Assembly (NCBI GenBank): GCA_017458675.1
Contig: JAFTAM010000176.1
Location: 2,282 to 66,281, forward strand
Direction of reading: 5' to 3'
DNA: 64,000 nt
Origin: a bacterium
GTDB lineage: Bacteria; Vulcanimicrobiota; Xenobia; Xenobiales; Xenobiaceae
Below are positions 37,345 to 49,000 of this stretch, in pieces. Both the position numbers and the translations under genes were made by a program. A model generated the notes under the pieces. The model ran no database searches. It saw only the letters and a program-made list of their open reading frames with translations, and was not told where the DNA came from. The first letter of the stretch is position 1. Every line of letters begins with the position of its first letter.

Positions 37345-38994
37345 ATGCAGCCTTGCAGCCGCAATTATATAAACTGCCGTTTTTACGGCAATCAGGCTCC
37401 TTCAGCTCCTGAGCAGGCCCTGCGTCGGCTCAATAAGCCCGTATTCGCGGTCCTAAGCCGGGACGGAAGCTCCGCTGAGTTTTACAGCGGCGGCAGAATA
37501 GACTGCGAAGGCGCGGAAAGCGCTTCTGCGGAAGGACGCCCTCTTCTGGCGTTCGTTCCGCCTCTGAGAGCCGAGGATTGGGGAAACGCCGCTTTAAAAC
37601 GGGAATGCGGCATAAAATACGCCTGCCTGAGCGGTTCCATGGCCAACGGCATCGCCTCAGAGGCCTTAGTGGTCAATATGGCCAAAGCCGGCATGATGGG
37701 CTTTTTCGGCTCGGCCGGTTTAGGTCTCAGACAGGTGGAGGATCATATCGACTCCTTGAAAAAGCGTCTGCCCAGTCAGCCCTTCGGCTGCAATCTGATT
37801 TACAATCCCCACAATCAGCCGCTGGAGGCTCAGACCGCCGAACTTTTTATCAGAAAGGACGTCGCTTTTATCGAAGCCTCGGCTTATCTGACCCTCAATC
37901 CTTCGATTCTGCATTACCGCTACAGCGGCGTAAAGGAGCTGCCCGACGGCTCTCTGCATATTCCTCATAAAGTATTTGCAAAGGTTTCGCGCCCGGAAGT
38001 CGCCGCCAAGTTTCTGAGCCCGCCTCCTCCGGAAATGCTGCGCAAGCTGGTTGAGGAGGGAAAACTGACCTCTTCGGAAGCGGCTCTGGCTTCACGCATA
38101 CCTCCCGCCTATGCCTTGACCGCCGAGGCCGACTCGGGCGGCCATACCGACAACCGTCCGGCTCTGGCTCTGATCCCCGCGGTTATCAGTCTGCGCGACA
38201 GCCTGTGCCGAAAATACGGCTGGCATGTTTACGTTGGCGCCGCCGGAGGCGTATCTACTCCCGAATCGGCGGCGGCGATGTTCGCCATGGGCGCCGATTA
38301 CGTCATGACCGGCACGATAAACCAGGCCTGCCAGGAATCGGGCAGCAGCTCCGTAGTGCGGGAAATGCTCTCCAAGGCCACCGGCGCCGACGTCATGATG
38401 GCCCCGGCCGCCGATATGTTTGAAATGGGAGTAAACGTACAGGTGCTCAAATGGGGAACGATGTTCCCGATTCGGGCCCGCCGCCTCTATGAAATTTACC
38501 GCGCCTACGCCAGCTATGACGAGGTTCCCGACAGCATAAAGACCCAGATAGAGCGCGACATGCTGCGTCAGAGCTTCGATCGGGCCTGGGAAAGCACCAA
38601 GGCCTTCTTCCGGGAGCGCGATCCCCAGCAGATAGCCAAAGCCGACGGCAATCCAAAATATAAAATGGCCCTGGTCTTCCGTTCCTATCTCGGACAGGCC
38701 TCGCGCTGGGCCAACGCCGGAATACCCGACCGCAAGACCGACTATCAGATCTGGTGCGGCCCCTCCATCGGAAGTTTTAACCAATGGTGCAAAGGAACAT
38801 TCTTAGAAGACGTGAAGGAACGTCACGCCGATTTGGCCGCGCTCAATATTTTAGCCGGCGCCTGCGTAATTACCAGGGCCAATCTGCTGCGCAGCCAAGG
38901 CATAGAGCTTCCCGGCAGGCTCTGCAGCTTCAGTCCTCTGCCTTATAACGAGTTAGCGTCATTATTACAGGAGTCAGTCAGTGTCCGTCAATAA
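37345..38994 (+). CDS. pfaD: PfaD-family enoyl reductase (trans-acting ER of PUFA/secondary-lipid synthases)
   Basis: AAAGGAATAAAAT then ATG. Segment GSMANGIASEALVVNMAKAGMMGFFGSAGL is the nitronate-monooxygenase-like FMN TIM barrel characteristic of PfaD. 549 aa. Confidence 0.8.
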   Translation: MQPCSRNYINCRFYGNQAPSAPEQALRRLNKPVFAVLSRDGSSAEFYSGGRIDCEGAESASAEGRPLLAFVPPLRAEDWGNAALKRECGIKYACLSGSMANGIASEALVVNMAKAGMMGFFGSAGLGLRQVEDHIDSLKKRLPSQPFGCNLIYNPHNQPLEAQTAELFIRKDVAFIEASAYLTLNPSILHYRYSGVKELPDGSLHIPHKVFAKVSRPEVAAKFLSPPPPEMLRKLVEEGKLTSSEAALASRIPPAYALTAEADSGGHTDNRPALALIPAVISLRDSLCRKYGWHVYVGAAGGVSTPESAAAMFAMGADYVMTGTINQACQESGSSSVVREMLSKATGADVMMAPAADMFEMGVNVQVLKWGTMFPIRARRLYEIYRAYASYDEVPDSIKTQIERDMLRQSFDRAWESTKAFFRERDPQQIAKADGNPKYKMALVFRSYLGQASRWANAGIPDRKTDYQIWCGPSIGSFNQWCKGTFLEDVKERHADLAALNILAGACVITRANLLRSQGIELPGRLCSFSPLPYNELASLLQESVSVRQ

Positions 38995-41900
38995 GTCTGT
39001 CAAAACTAAAGATCAGCCCGAAAATATGCCCATAGCCATAATAGGTATGGGCTGTCTCTTCCCCAAAGCCGGAGACCGCCAAAGCTTCTGGCGGATTCTG
39101 CGCACAGGCGCCGACTGTATCGGTCCCGTGCCGGAGACCCACTGGTCGGTAAACGATCTTTACGACGGCGACCACTCCAGTCCCGACCGCTGCTACGCCA
39201 AAATGGGCGGCTTCCTCGAGCCTTATCCCTTCGATCCTACCGAATTCAATATTCCTCCCAACGTGTTGGAAGCCACCGACACCTCTCAGCTTCTGGGCCT
39301 GGTCGGCGCTAAAGCCGCCCTTGAAGACGCAGGCTACGGCCAGGAGGGCAAGGAGCTTCCCAAGGATCGCACCAGCGTTATTTTAGGCGTCACCGGCGCT
39401 TTGGAAATGGTCATTCCTCTGGGCGCACGCCTGGGCCATCCCCGCTGGCGCAAGGCCCTGGCTCAGGCCGGAATAGACAAAGAGACCTCCGAAAAGATCA
39501 TTGCCGATATCGCCGATTCATACGTATCCTGGCAGGAAAATTCTTTCCCCGGACTTTTGGGCAACGTGGTGGCCGGACGCATTGCCAACCGCCTCGATCT
39601 CCACGGCACCAACTGCGCCGTGGACGCCGCCTGCGCCAGCTCTTTAGCAGCCGTGCATCTGGCGGTTTCCGAACTGCAGGCGGGACAGGCCGACGTCTGC
39701 CTCACCGGCGGAACCGACACCTTCAACGATATTTTCATGTTTACTTGCTTCAGCAAGACTCCCGCCCTTTCCGACAGCGGACGCATCTCCCCCTTCTCGG
39801 AAAGCTGCGACGGCACTCTGCTGGGCGAGGGAATCGGCGTTCTGGTCTTAAAGCGTCTGGCCGACGCCGAGCGCGACAATGACAGAATCTATGCGGTTAT
39901 TAAAGGCATGGGAACCTCCTCCGACGGAAATTCCGGCGCCATTTACGCGCCCAGCGCGCCCGGCCAGGCTATGGCTCTGCGCCGCGCTTATGAGGAAAGC
40001 GCCGTCGATCCCAAAACCGTAGAGGTCGTCGAAGCTCACGGCACCGGCACTAAGGTCGGCGACGCCGTCGAATTCAAGGCGCTTAAGGAAGTTTATCTGG
40101 AAGCCGGAGCCGCTCCGCAGTCCTGCGCCCTGGGCACCGTCAAGTCGCAGATAGGCCATACCAAGGCCTCCGCCGGAGCCGCCAGCCTCTGCAAAGCGGC
40201 CTTCTCTCTCTTCCATAAGGTCATTCTGCCCACTCTGAATGTCAGCAGGCCCAACCCCAAGCTGGAAATAGAGGACAGTCCCTTCTACTTAAACACATCC
40301 GTCCGCCCCTGGATCTCCAATCCTCATCATCCCCGCCGCATCGGCGTATCCTCCTTCGGATTCGGCGGAGCGAATTACCATGCGGTTTTGGAGGAGCACA
40401 AGCCCGAGCGCCTCGCTCCCGCCTGGGACGGTTCCGTGCAGATCTGGCCCTTCTCCGCCGCCGACAAACAGAGTCTGATCGCTTCCGTGCGAAGCGCCGC
40501 CGCCTGCAAGCCCTATGAAAGCGCCTATCAGGCCTGCCTGCAGAGAGAGACTTTCGATCATAAAGCTCCCTGCCGCGCCGTCATTGTAACCGGTCCGGCC
40601 GATTACGCCGAAAAACTGGCCGCTCTGGCCGACGCTCTGGAAAACGGCAAGGAGCAGAGCAATGCGCTGCCCGAAGACGCCTATTACGGCGACGTCTCCT
40701 CCGAATTGGGCAAGGTGGCCTTCCTCTTCCCCGGTCAGGGCAGCCAATATGTGCGCATGGGCTCAGAGCTCTTCAGCGTCTTCCCCGAAGCTCTGCAGGT
40801 TCTGGAATGCGCCCAGCAGACCCTTAAGGGCAGCGGTCAGGCCCCGGCGGAATACATCTTCCCCAAGCCCCGCTTCACCGAAAATGAAGAGGAAGAAAAT
40901 ACCAAAGCCTTAACCGATACCAAGATTACTCAGCCCTCCCTGGGAGCCATGGAAAGCGCTATGGCCGCCGTACTGGAACGCTTTGAGGTCGTGCCTCAGG
41001 CTATGGCCGGCCACTCTTTCGGAGAACTGGTAGCTCTGCAGAGAGCTCAGGTTTATTCTCAGAAGGATCTCTTCTCGCTTTCCGCTCTGCGCGGCGCTTT
41101 AATGGCCGCAGGCGACGGAGGCAGAGGGGCCATGGCCGCAGTATCCGCTCCGTTGGCGGATATTGAAGCCATTGTCGCCGAAGTCGGCGGCGATCTGGTG
41201 CTGGCTAACCGCAATCACCCGACGCAGGGAGTTATTTCCGGCACAAAGGAAGCTCTGGCCAAAGCCGAAGAGCTCTGCAAGGCCAAAAAGATGACCGCCA
41301 AGCGCCTGCAGGTTTCGGCCGCCTTCCACAGCTCGCTCATGCGGAGCGCCCGCGATCCCTTCTTCAGCGCTCTGGAGCAGACGGAATTCAAAACGCCAGT
41401 TCTTCCGGTTTACGCCAATATGACCGGCAAGCTTTACGGAAGCGAAGCTGAAAAGAACCGGCAGACCCTGGCCGATCAGCTGGTAAGCTCCGTGCGCTTC
41501 ATCGACATTGTTGAGGATATGTATGCCGAAGGCTTCCGCACCTTCATCGAAGTCGGCCCCAAAACCGTTCTTACCGGCCTGGTCAAAAAGATTTTGGGGA
41601 AAAATCCCTGCAATCTGCTCTCAACCGACGGCCGCAAAGGCGGAGACGAACTGAAGAATATCGCTCTGACCCTGGCCCGGCTGGCCGCTTTAGGATACGC
41701 CGTCAAGCTGGCGGCCTGGGAAGAAAAGGTCGCCAAGCCCCGTCATAAGCGCATGGAAGTTCCCATCTGCGGCGCCAATTACCGCACGCCCGGCAAAAAA
41801 GCGCCCGCTCCCTGGAGCGATCCCCATGAACCTGCCGAAAACTATCAGCCCATAAAGTTCGTCAGCGACAATCCCCCGGTGATGCCGGCTCCCACTCCTA

Positions 41901-44900
41901 TAGAAAAGCTTGAAATAGTCGAACTTAACTCTCAAAATCAAGCGGCGGCTCCCGCCGAGCCTGCGGCAATCCGCAGTTCAGCGTCCAATTCCGCCGCTTA
42001 CAGTCCCGTCAAGGATAGTCCCGTGTCAAATACCGTTTTTAATTCCCAGCCTGCCGCCGCCGTCTCCCCTGCTGCGCCGATTCCCTCCGCCGGCAGTTCT
42101 TCCGTTCTGCTTGAGGCCTTCAAAACTATCCAGAGCGGCCTCAGCGCCATGCAGGTCCTGCAGGAGCAGACCGCGTCAGCCCACATGCGATTTCTGGAAA
42201 GCCAGGAGCAGATTCAGCGTTCGCTGCAGAGCATCATTTCCGCCCAGCAGGGCTTGGCCCAAGTCAGCCTGAAGCCTCAGGCTCTGCAGACGCTCCACGT
42301 CATGCCGGCCCTGCATATCCCGGCTCCCGCCGCCTTCAGCCAGCCGACCGCCGCCGTTCAGCCCGCCGCCCCGAAGATCGCCGCGCAGCCACAGCCGGAA
42401 ACGCTCTCTTTCTCTCCCATGGCAGGCTATTCAGCCAACGAACCGCTGCCTGTGCCGATATCTTCCCCTAAAAACGAAAGCAGAGATTCCGGGAACCAAA
42501 ACCTGCAGCTTCCCAAAGCCCCTCAGGAAAAGCCTCAGACCGACGCCGCCGTAGCCGTTCTTTCCGTAGTTTCGGAAATGACCGGCTATCCCGCCGATAT
42601 GCTGCGCCTGGATATGAATTTAGAAACAGACTTAGGCATTGATTCCATTAAGAGAGTGGAAATTCTCTCCGCCATTCAGCGCAGTCTGCCCCAGGCAAAA
42701 ACCATAGCTCCCGACGAAATCGGCTCGCTGCAGACCCTGCAGCAGATTATAGAGCGCTTAGGCGTCTCCTCAGCCGCCCCGCAGCCGAAAACGGCTCCCG
42801 CAGTTCCGGCAGTTCCTGCTTCTCCCGAGCCGAAAGCCGAACCCGCCGCCCGGCCTCAAGGCTCCGCCGAGAAGATCGTCATGAAGGTTGTGACCGAAAC
42901 TACGGGTTATCCTGAAGAAGCCGTCAATCTGGATATGGACCTGGAAAACGATTTAGGCGTCGATTCCATTAAGCGCGTGGAAATTTTAGCCGCCATCCAG
43001 AAGGCGCTGCCCGACGCAGCCCAGATCGCTCCCGACGAGCTCAGCTCTCTGCACACGCTGCGCCAGATATTGAATAAGCTGCAGCCCGAGAGCAAGGCTT
43101 CCCCGTTATCCGCGTCCGAAAGCAAAGAGACGGTTTCCCGTCCCTCCGCGCCCGAACAGAACCTGCAGTCAGGCTCCGTCGCCGAAACCATAATTTCAGT
43201 CATAGCCGAAATGACCGGCTATCCGGTTGAAACCTTAAATCCGGATCTGGATTTAGAAAACGATTTGGGCATTGACTCCATTAAGCGCGTGGAAATTTTA
43301 GCCGCCATTCAGAAAGCGCTGCCCAACGTCAAGGATATTGCTCCCAGCGAGCTCACCGATCTCCATACCATTAAGGATATCATCGCCCGCCTGAGCAGCG
43401 ATCCTCACGATCCTCAGGGTGGACCTTCTCCTTCCGATCCCGATAAGGATAAAAAAAAAGATCATAATTCAGGAATAGACAGAAAAAACAGCGGTCCGGA
43501 CCCGCATTCAGCCGCAGCCCTGGGGGGGGCTTTGTTCGGCTCCGAGCCGCCTTTGCTGCGCCGCCGCCTCCGTTATCTGCCTTCCCCCAGGCCCTCACAG
43601 TCCGCAGAAACTGCGAACCAGGGGCTTTATTTGATTTTAGGGGACAAAAATCTGGGACGCGCTCTCAAAAACGCCCTGACGCTTTCCGGAAAGCAGGCTG
43701 AATTCATTCCCGTCCAAAAAGTATCCGACCTCATGCTGCCGCAGAAATTTTCGGTTATAGCGGTAATGGAGCATACTGATATTAAACAGGAAGAAGACGT
43801 CTATAAAACTTTCAGGCAGTCCCAAAGGAGCTTAAAGGAGCTCTTCCGCAGCGTGCGAGCTGTTTGCCAGGCCTGCAATAAAAAGAAAATCCACCCCCAG
43901 AGCTTTACTACCGTAACTTGTCTCGACGGCGCCTTCGGAACAGAAAGGCCGGATTTCCAGCCGATTGAGGCCGGTCTGCACGGCCTGGCCAGAGTAATGG
44001 CCAACGAATATCCTCAGACCGTCTGCCGCGCCTTTGACGTCGATTCTCAGCTTCAAACTGCGGAAGCAGCCGCTCTCATTGCCGAAGAACTGAAGGTAAA
44101 GGGAAGCAATGAAGTAGGTTTAAGCGCCCAAACCAGACGCATAGCCGTTCTGCAGGAAGACAGGCTCAATTTAGAGCAGCCCAACCCCTCTCTGCCGGCC
44201 CGTCCCGTAATCATAGTCACCGGCGGAGCGCGCGGAGTTACCGCAGACTGCGCAAAGACGCTGGCAAAAGCCTGCCGGCCCCGCTTTATCCTGATCGGAC
44301 GCTCTCCCGTCCCCCGGAAAGAAGCGGCGGAAACCGCGCAGGCCTCGACCCCGCAGGCTTTGAAATCTCTGCTCTATACTCAAGCCAAAGCCAGGGGGCT
44401 CAGCCTCACTCCCAAAGACCTTGAAGCTACATGCCGGCAGATTCTGGCCAACCGCGAAGCGCTGCAGAATATCGCCGAACTGGAAGCGGCAGGCTCCGAG
44501 GCGCTGTATATATCTGCAGACGTTCAGGATTTTTCCCAGGTTAAAGAAGCTGTGAATCTGGCCAAAAAGCGCTTCGAACGCATCGACGGCGTAATCCACG
44601 GCGCAGGAGTGCTGGCCGACCGCTATATCGCCGACAAAACCGACGAGCAGTTCAACCGGGTTTTTGATACTAAAATCTGCGGACTTTACAACCTCTGCCA
44701 GGCTCTGAAGGACGAACCTCTTAAGTTCGTACTGACTTTCTCTTCGGTTTCGGCCCGCTTCGGACGTCCCGGCCAGTGCGATTACGCCATGGCCAACGAG
44801 GTCATGAACAAATTTACGCACTTCGCCTCCTTCCGCCATCCTCAGACCCGCTATACGGCCATGGGCTGGGGTCCCTGGGAAGGCGGCATGGTCGACGCCG

Positions 44901-45946
44901 CTCTGAAACGCGTCTTTGAAGAGCTCAAGGTCGAGGTTATCGCCCGCCCCAAAGGGACCCGCGCCTTAGCCGAAGAGGTCATTTTCGGCCGAGCCAGGGA
45001 CGCCGAGCTGATAATGGGCGAAGGTTTCGACGTACCCTCGGAGCCTCAGCCGAAAAGCTCCGACAACGCGCCGCGCGAAAGCTTTCGGCGCACTCTGAAC
45101 CTTCAGAATTACAGTTTTCTTCAGGATCACGTAATTAACGGCCGCCCGGTCATGCCTATCGCCCTCATGGTGGAACTGGCCGCCCAGGCCTGCCGCAGTT
45201 ATTTCCCCGAATACAAATTCTTAGGCTGCGACAAACTGCGGGTCCTCCACCCCATCGCTCTGCCCGCGGACAAGAACATCGCCGCTGAAAAGAGAGCTCA
45301 GGCAGAGAGCGACCTCTGCATAAGCGCGGACAAACTCATTAAAGAAGACAATCTTCTGCAGGCGGAACTGACCTTCTGGCACTCCGACGGAAGCGGCGAA
45401 AGGCGGAAATGCGTGGTCTGCACGGCCCTTTTAGGCAAAGAAAGACCTGATAATTCCAAGGTTGAATTCCCCCGGACTCAGACCGCCGCAGCCGCCGACA
45501 GCCGCCGCCACAATATAGAAGATATTTATAAAAACTATCTCTTCCACGGTCCCAGCTTAAAAGGCATAGACAATATTGAGCGCCACAGCCCGAACGATAT
45601 TGTTGTAAACGCAAGAAACTTGGGAGGTTTGCCGTTAAGCCAGCCTGACGGAGAAGCGCTCACCGATCCTCTGTTTTTAGACTGCGCTCTGCAGACGGGC
45701 CTTATATTCAGCGGTCTGGAGCAGGGAAGCTGCTCGCTGCCTATGTACTGCGGCCGATACCGCCAGTATGTCGATAAATTCCCCGCCAGCGCCAAAATAG
45801 CTCTGGTAGCCAGCGACAGCAACCCTCAGCAGCTCAGGGGCGATATTTACATCGAACATGACGGCGACATTTTAGCGCATCTGGGCGACGTTCACTGGAC
45901 CGTAAGTCCCGGCTTGGCCGAATCCTTCCGCCGAAACCGCTTATAA
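38981..45946 (+). CDS. pfaA: PfaA-like multidomain polyketide/fatty-acid synthase: KS-AT-ACPx3-KR-DH
   Basis: GTG start overlapping the pfaD end (AGGAG RBS). KS motifs DAACASSLAAVHL, EAHGTGTKVGD, KSQIGHTKAS. AT motif GHSFGE. Three ACP repeats (LGIDSIKRVEILSAIQ, LGVDSIKRVEILAAIQ, LGIDSIKRVEILAAIQ at ~nt 42640, 42955, 43270). KR motif IIVTGGARGVT. PKS-type DH motif LQDHVINGRPVMP. Confidence 0.9.
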   Translation: MSVNKSVKTKDQPENMPIAIIGMGCLFPKAGDRQSFWRILRTGADCIGPVPETHWSVNDLYDGDHSSPDRCYAKMGGFLEPYPFDPTEFNIPPNVLEATDTSQLLGLVGAKAALEDAGYGQEGKELPKDRTSVILGVTGALEMVIPLGARLGHPRWRKALAQAGIDKETSEKIIADIADSYVSWQENSFPGLLGNVVAGRIANRLDLHGTNCAVDAACASSLAAVHLAVSELQAGQADVCLTGGTDTFNDIFMFTCFSKTPALSDSGRISPFSESCDGTLLGEGIGVLVLKRLADAERDNDRIYAVIKGMGTSSDGNSGAIYAPSAPGQAMALRRAYEESAVDPKTVEVVEAHGTGTKVGDAVEFKALKEVYLEAGAAPQSCALGTVKSQIGHTKASAGAASLCKAAFSLFHKVILPTLNVSRPNPKLEIEDSPFYLNTSVRPWISNPHHPRRIGVSSFGFGGANYHAVLEEHKPERLAPAWDGSVQIWPFSAADKQSLIASVRSAAACKPYESAYQACLQRETFDHKAPCRAVIVTGPADYAEKLAALADALENGKEQSNALPEDAYYGDVSSELGKVAFLFPGQGSQYVRMGSELFSVFPEALQVLECAQQTLKGSGQAPAEYIFPKPRFTENEEEENTKALTDTKITQPSLGAMESAMAAVLERFEVVPQAMAGHSFGELVALQRAQVYSQKDLFSLSALRGALMAAGDGGRGAMAAVSAPLADIEAIVAEVGGDLVLANRNHPTQGVISGTKEALAKAEELCKAKKMTAKRLQVSAAFHSSLMRSARDPFFSALEQTEFKTPVLPVYANMTGKLYGSEAEKNRQTLADQLVSSVRFIDIVEDMYAEGFRTFIEVGPKTVLTGLVKKILGKNPCNLLSTDGRKGGDELKNIALTLARLAALGYAVKLAAWEEKVAKPRHKRMEVPICGANYRTPGKKAPAPWSDPHEPAENYQPIKFVSDNPPVMPAPTPIEKLEIVELNSQNQAAAPAEPAAIRSSASNSAAYSPVKDSPVSNTVFNSQPAAAVSPAAPIPSAGSSSVLLEAFKTIQSGLSAMQVLQEQTASAHMRFLESQEQIQRSLQSIISAQQGLAQVSLKPQALQTLHVMPALHIPAPAAFSQPTAAVQPAAPKIAAQPQPETLSFSPMAGYSANEPLPVPISSPKNESRDSGNQNLQLPKAPQEKPQTDAAVAVLSVVSEMTGYPADMLRLDMNLETDLGIDSIKRVEILSAIQRSLPQAKTIAPDEIGSLQTLQQIIERLGVSSAAPQPKTAPAVPAVPASPEPKAEPAARPQGSAEKIVMKVVTETTGYPEEAVNLDMDLENDLGVDSIKRVEILAAIQKALPDAAQIAPDELSSLHTLRQILNKLQPESKASPLSASESKETVSRPSAPEQNLQSGSVAETIISVIAEMTGYPVETLNPDLDLENDLGIDSIKRVEILAAIQKALPNVKDIAPSELTDLHTIKDIIARLSSDPHDPQGGPSPSDPDKDKKKDHNSGIDRKNSGPDPHSAAALGGALFGSEPPLLRRRLRYLPSPRPSQSAETANQGLYLILGDKNLGRALKNALTLSGKQAEFIPVQKVSDLMLPQKFSVIAVMEHTDIKQEEDVYKTFRQSQRSLKELFRSVRAVCQACNKKKIHPQSFTTVTCLDGAFGTERPDFQPIEAGLHGLARVMANEYPQTVCRAFDVDSQLQTAEAAALIAEELKVKGSNEVGLSAQTRRIAVLQEDRLNLEQPNPSLPARPVIIVTGGARGVTADCAKTLAKACRPRFILIGRSPVPRKEAAETAQASTPQALKSLLYTQAKARGLSLTPKDLEATCRQILANREALQNIAELEAAGSEALYISADVQDFSQVKEAVNLAKKRFERIDGVIHGAGVLADRYIADKTDEQFNRVFDTKICGLYNLCQALKDEPLKFVLTFSSVSARFGRPGQCDYAMANEVMNKFTHFASFRHPQTRYTAMGWGPWEGGMVDAALKRVFEELKVEVIARPKGTRALAEEVIFGRARDAELIMGEGFDVPSEPQPKSSDNAPRESFRRTLNLQNYSFLQDHVINGRPVMPIALMVELAAQACRSYFPEYKFLGCDKLRVLHPIALPADKNIAAEKRAQAESDLCISADKLIKEDNLLQAELTFWHSDGSGERRKCVVCTALLGKERPDNSKVEFPRTQTAAAADSRRHNIEDIYKNYLFHGPSLKGIDNIERHSPNDIVVNARNLGGLPLSQPDGEALTDPLFLDCALQTGLIFSGLEQGSCSLPMYCGRYRQYVDKFPASAKIALVASDSNPQQLRGDIYIEHDGDILAHLGDVHWTVSPGLAESFRRNRL

Positions 45947-46051
45947 CCGATACCACCCTGTTTTAAGGCTCGGAGCTTAAGCCGCAGCTGCTGTCCGAGC
46001 CGTTTTCTGTTTTACAGAATAATTCAAAATAATTAAACGGACCATCAGAAC

Positions 46052-49000
46052 ATGTCAGATAATCACTGCGATATAGCTATAGTCGGAATGGGACTGCACT
46101 TTCCCGGCGCGGACAGTCCCGAACAGTATTGGAAAGCTCTGCAGAGAGGCGAAGATCTCGCCCGCCCCATGGATGAAAAGAGACGCAAGGTTTCCCTAAA
46201 CGGCCTGATCAGTCCACAGACCAAAGCCGACGCTATGCGCTGCGACAGGGGATATTTTTTAAACGCTCTGCCCACGCCTCAGCAGCTTGATCTTCCCGAG
46301 GGAACAGACCCTCTTTTTGTTTTGGCATTAAGTACGGCGGAGCAGGCCTTAAAGGACGCCGGCAAGCTGCCGTCGGAACAGACCGGCGTCATTATGGCCT
46401 CCATCGCCCTGCCCACCGATACCACCTCGGCCCTGAGCGAAAGCACGCTGGGACGCAGCTTTGCCGAGAGCCTGCAGGCCAAGCTGCCGCCGGATAAAGC
46501 CTCGGCCGTCTCACCCGCCGAACTGCTGCCCTGCGAATATACTTTCCTCAGCAGCGTCTCCGACAGCAGCGAACAGGTTAAAGCTCTGAACAATTACCCG
46601 GTCGGACTTCCGGCTCAGCTGATCGCCTCCCGTTTCAGCCTGGGACTGGGAGCTTACACTTTAGACGCGGCCTGCGCCTCCTCGCTGGTAGCTATCGAGC
46701 TGGCCTGCCGGGAACTGCGCAGCGGGCGCGCCGAGGCCATGTTGGCCGGCGGCCTCTCCCGCCCCGACTGCCTCTACACTCAAATGGGCTTTTCCGCCCT
46801 CCACGCCCTCTCGCCCAGCGGCGCATGCTCTCCTTTTGACAAAAAAGCCGACGGACTTATGGTCGGCGAAGGCTGCGGTCTGGTCGTTCTGAAACGCCTG
46901 AAAGACGCCGAACGCAGCGGCGACAAAATTTACGGAGTCATTAAAGGAACAGGTCTTTCCAACGACATCGAAGGCAGTCTGGTGGCCCCGGCCAACGAGG
47001 GGCAGATCCGCTGCCTCCGGGACGCCTATCAAATCTGCGGCCTGAAGCCCTGGGATATAGACTTTATCGAATGCCACGGAACCGGCACACCGGTAGGCGA
47101 CAGCATTGAGTTCAAAAGCCTGCAGACTCTCTGGGAAGGAGCTCCCGAAAGCAGCCGCTGCCAGCTCCGCTCCGTCAAATCCATGCTGGGCCATTTATTG
47201 ACCGCCGCCGGTTCCGCCGGCTTAATCAGAGTGCTCTTAAACCTGCAGAAGGGGCAGATCACGCCGCAGGTCAACTTCAATGAAGCGGGCATACCTCTGA
47301 AAGAGAGCCATTTTGAAATATCCAATCAGTCCGTATCCTGGCCGAAAAAGGCCGAGGCTCCCCGCCGGGCCGCCGTCAGCGGCTTCGGCTTCGGCGGCAT
47401 CAACGCCCATTTAATTATCGAAGAATATCTGCCTCAGACAGCCTGCGAAGTCAACAGCGCGGCAGACGCACGGGCAACCGCTTCCTCCGCGCCCGCCTCT
47501 GCAGAAGAATCTGAAAACGGCGAAGAAGCGGCCGCCATTATCGGAATGGCCTGCCGCTTAGGCCAAATCGGCAGCATTCGCGAACTGGCCGGCGCTTTGT
47601 TGGACGGAAATTTTGAAAATGCAAAAATTTCGCCGGAGCCGTCCGCTCAGACATGCGAAAAATCCCGTCAGGGCGGCGCTTTCCTGAACAAGGTCGACAT
47701 ACCTATAGGGCGCTTCCGCATCCCTCCCGCCGATCTGCCCTCCATTCTGCCTCAGCAGTCCCTGCTTTTAAATACGGCCGCCGAGGCTATGCTCGACGCC
47801 GGTCAGCCCCTGCGCCTGCAGCGCGAGAGAGCCGCTGCGGTTATCGGCATAAATCTCGACTTAAATTCCACAAATTTCAATCTGCGCTGGCTGTTAAAAG
47901 ACAAAGCTGAAATCTGGGCGCAGAATTTAGGCTTAGACGAAAATGAAGCCAAGAGATGGCAGGAGGCCCTCAAGGATGAAATCTCCGAGCCCCTGGATGC
48001 GGTAAAAACTATCGGCGCTTTAGGCAGCATCGCAGCCAGCCGCGCCGCCCGCGAATTCCGTTTCGGCGGATGCTCTTTTACGGTGTCTTCCCAGGAGCTG
48101 TCCGGCTTTGACGCGCTGCAGATAGGCGCAGAGGCTCTGCTGAACCGCCGTCAGGATTTAATATTAGTCGGCTCAATAGACCTTCAGGGAGATCCGCGCC
48201 TGGCCTCCTGCCGCTTAAAAGACGAACCCATGCCCGAAAAATACGGAGAAGGGTCCTGCTGCCTGGTTTTAAAGAGGTACAGCGACGCCGTAAAGGACGG
48301 AGACCACATTTATGCGCTCATTAAAGGCTTGGCCAAAGCTGGCGCGGCCGCCCCGGAGAAAGACTCCTATACCGCTTTGGAAACGGCTTTGCGGCAGGCC
48401 TGTGAATACTCAGGAACACCGGCCGAAGACATTGCCTATCTGGAAACGGTCAACGGGCAATATCTCAGTCAGGGTCCCCAGAGCGCCTGTCAGACCCTGC
48501 GCCGCGTCTTGGACAGAGGGACCAAACCTCTGAGCGCGGGCAGCATTGAGGATTACGTCGGCCATAACGGCGCAAATTCCTTTACAGCCTCCCTGATCAA
48601 AACCGCCTTATGTCTCGACCAGGAGCTCTGGCCCGCCTCCAGACATTTTGACAGACTCTGCGGAGACGCAAACGATTGGCGCGGCAGTCGCTTTACCGTA
48701 CAGAAAACTTCATCTTTCTGGTTCAGAAACCGAGCTGAGGGGCCGCGGCGGGCCTTAGTCTGCGGGCGAGCCTACCCCGGTCAGTATGCCGCCGCCGTCT
48801 TAGAAGAACATTTTTCCGACGCTTACAGACCTCTGGCCGCTCCGCAGCTGCAGATCGGGATCTGGCCCTTCTTCGGCGAAAACGCCCAGGCGATAACCGC
48901 CAAACTGTCGGCGGTCCTGGAAAAAACTAAAGAGCTGCAGTCCCTGTCTGCGTCGGCTTCAGAGCAAAGCCGCCTGCTCCGGAACTTATGCCTGGATAAT

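Noticed and set aside
38092-38784. 230-aa minus-strand ORF inside pfaD; also the many 60-250 aa antisense ORFs inside pfaA/pfaC (for example 40289-40747, 44171-44839, 46661-47194, 49232-49897, 51056-51802)
   Set aside because: The plus-strand frames carry uninterrupted, motif-verified megasynthase domains. The antisense frames are Gly/Ala/Arg-rich with no motifs.
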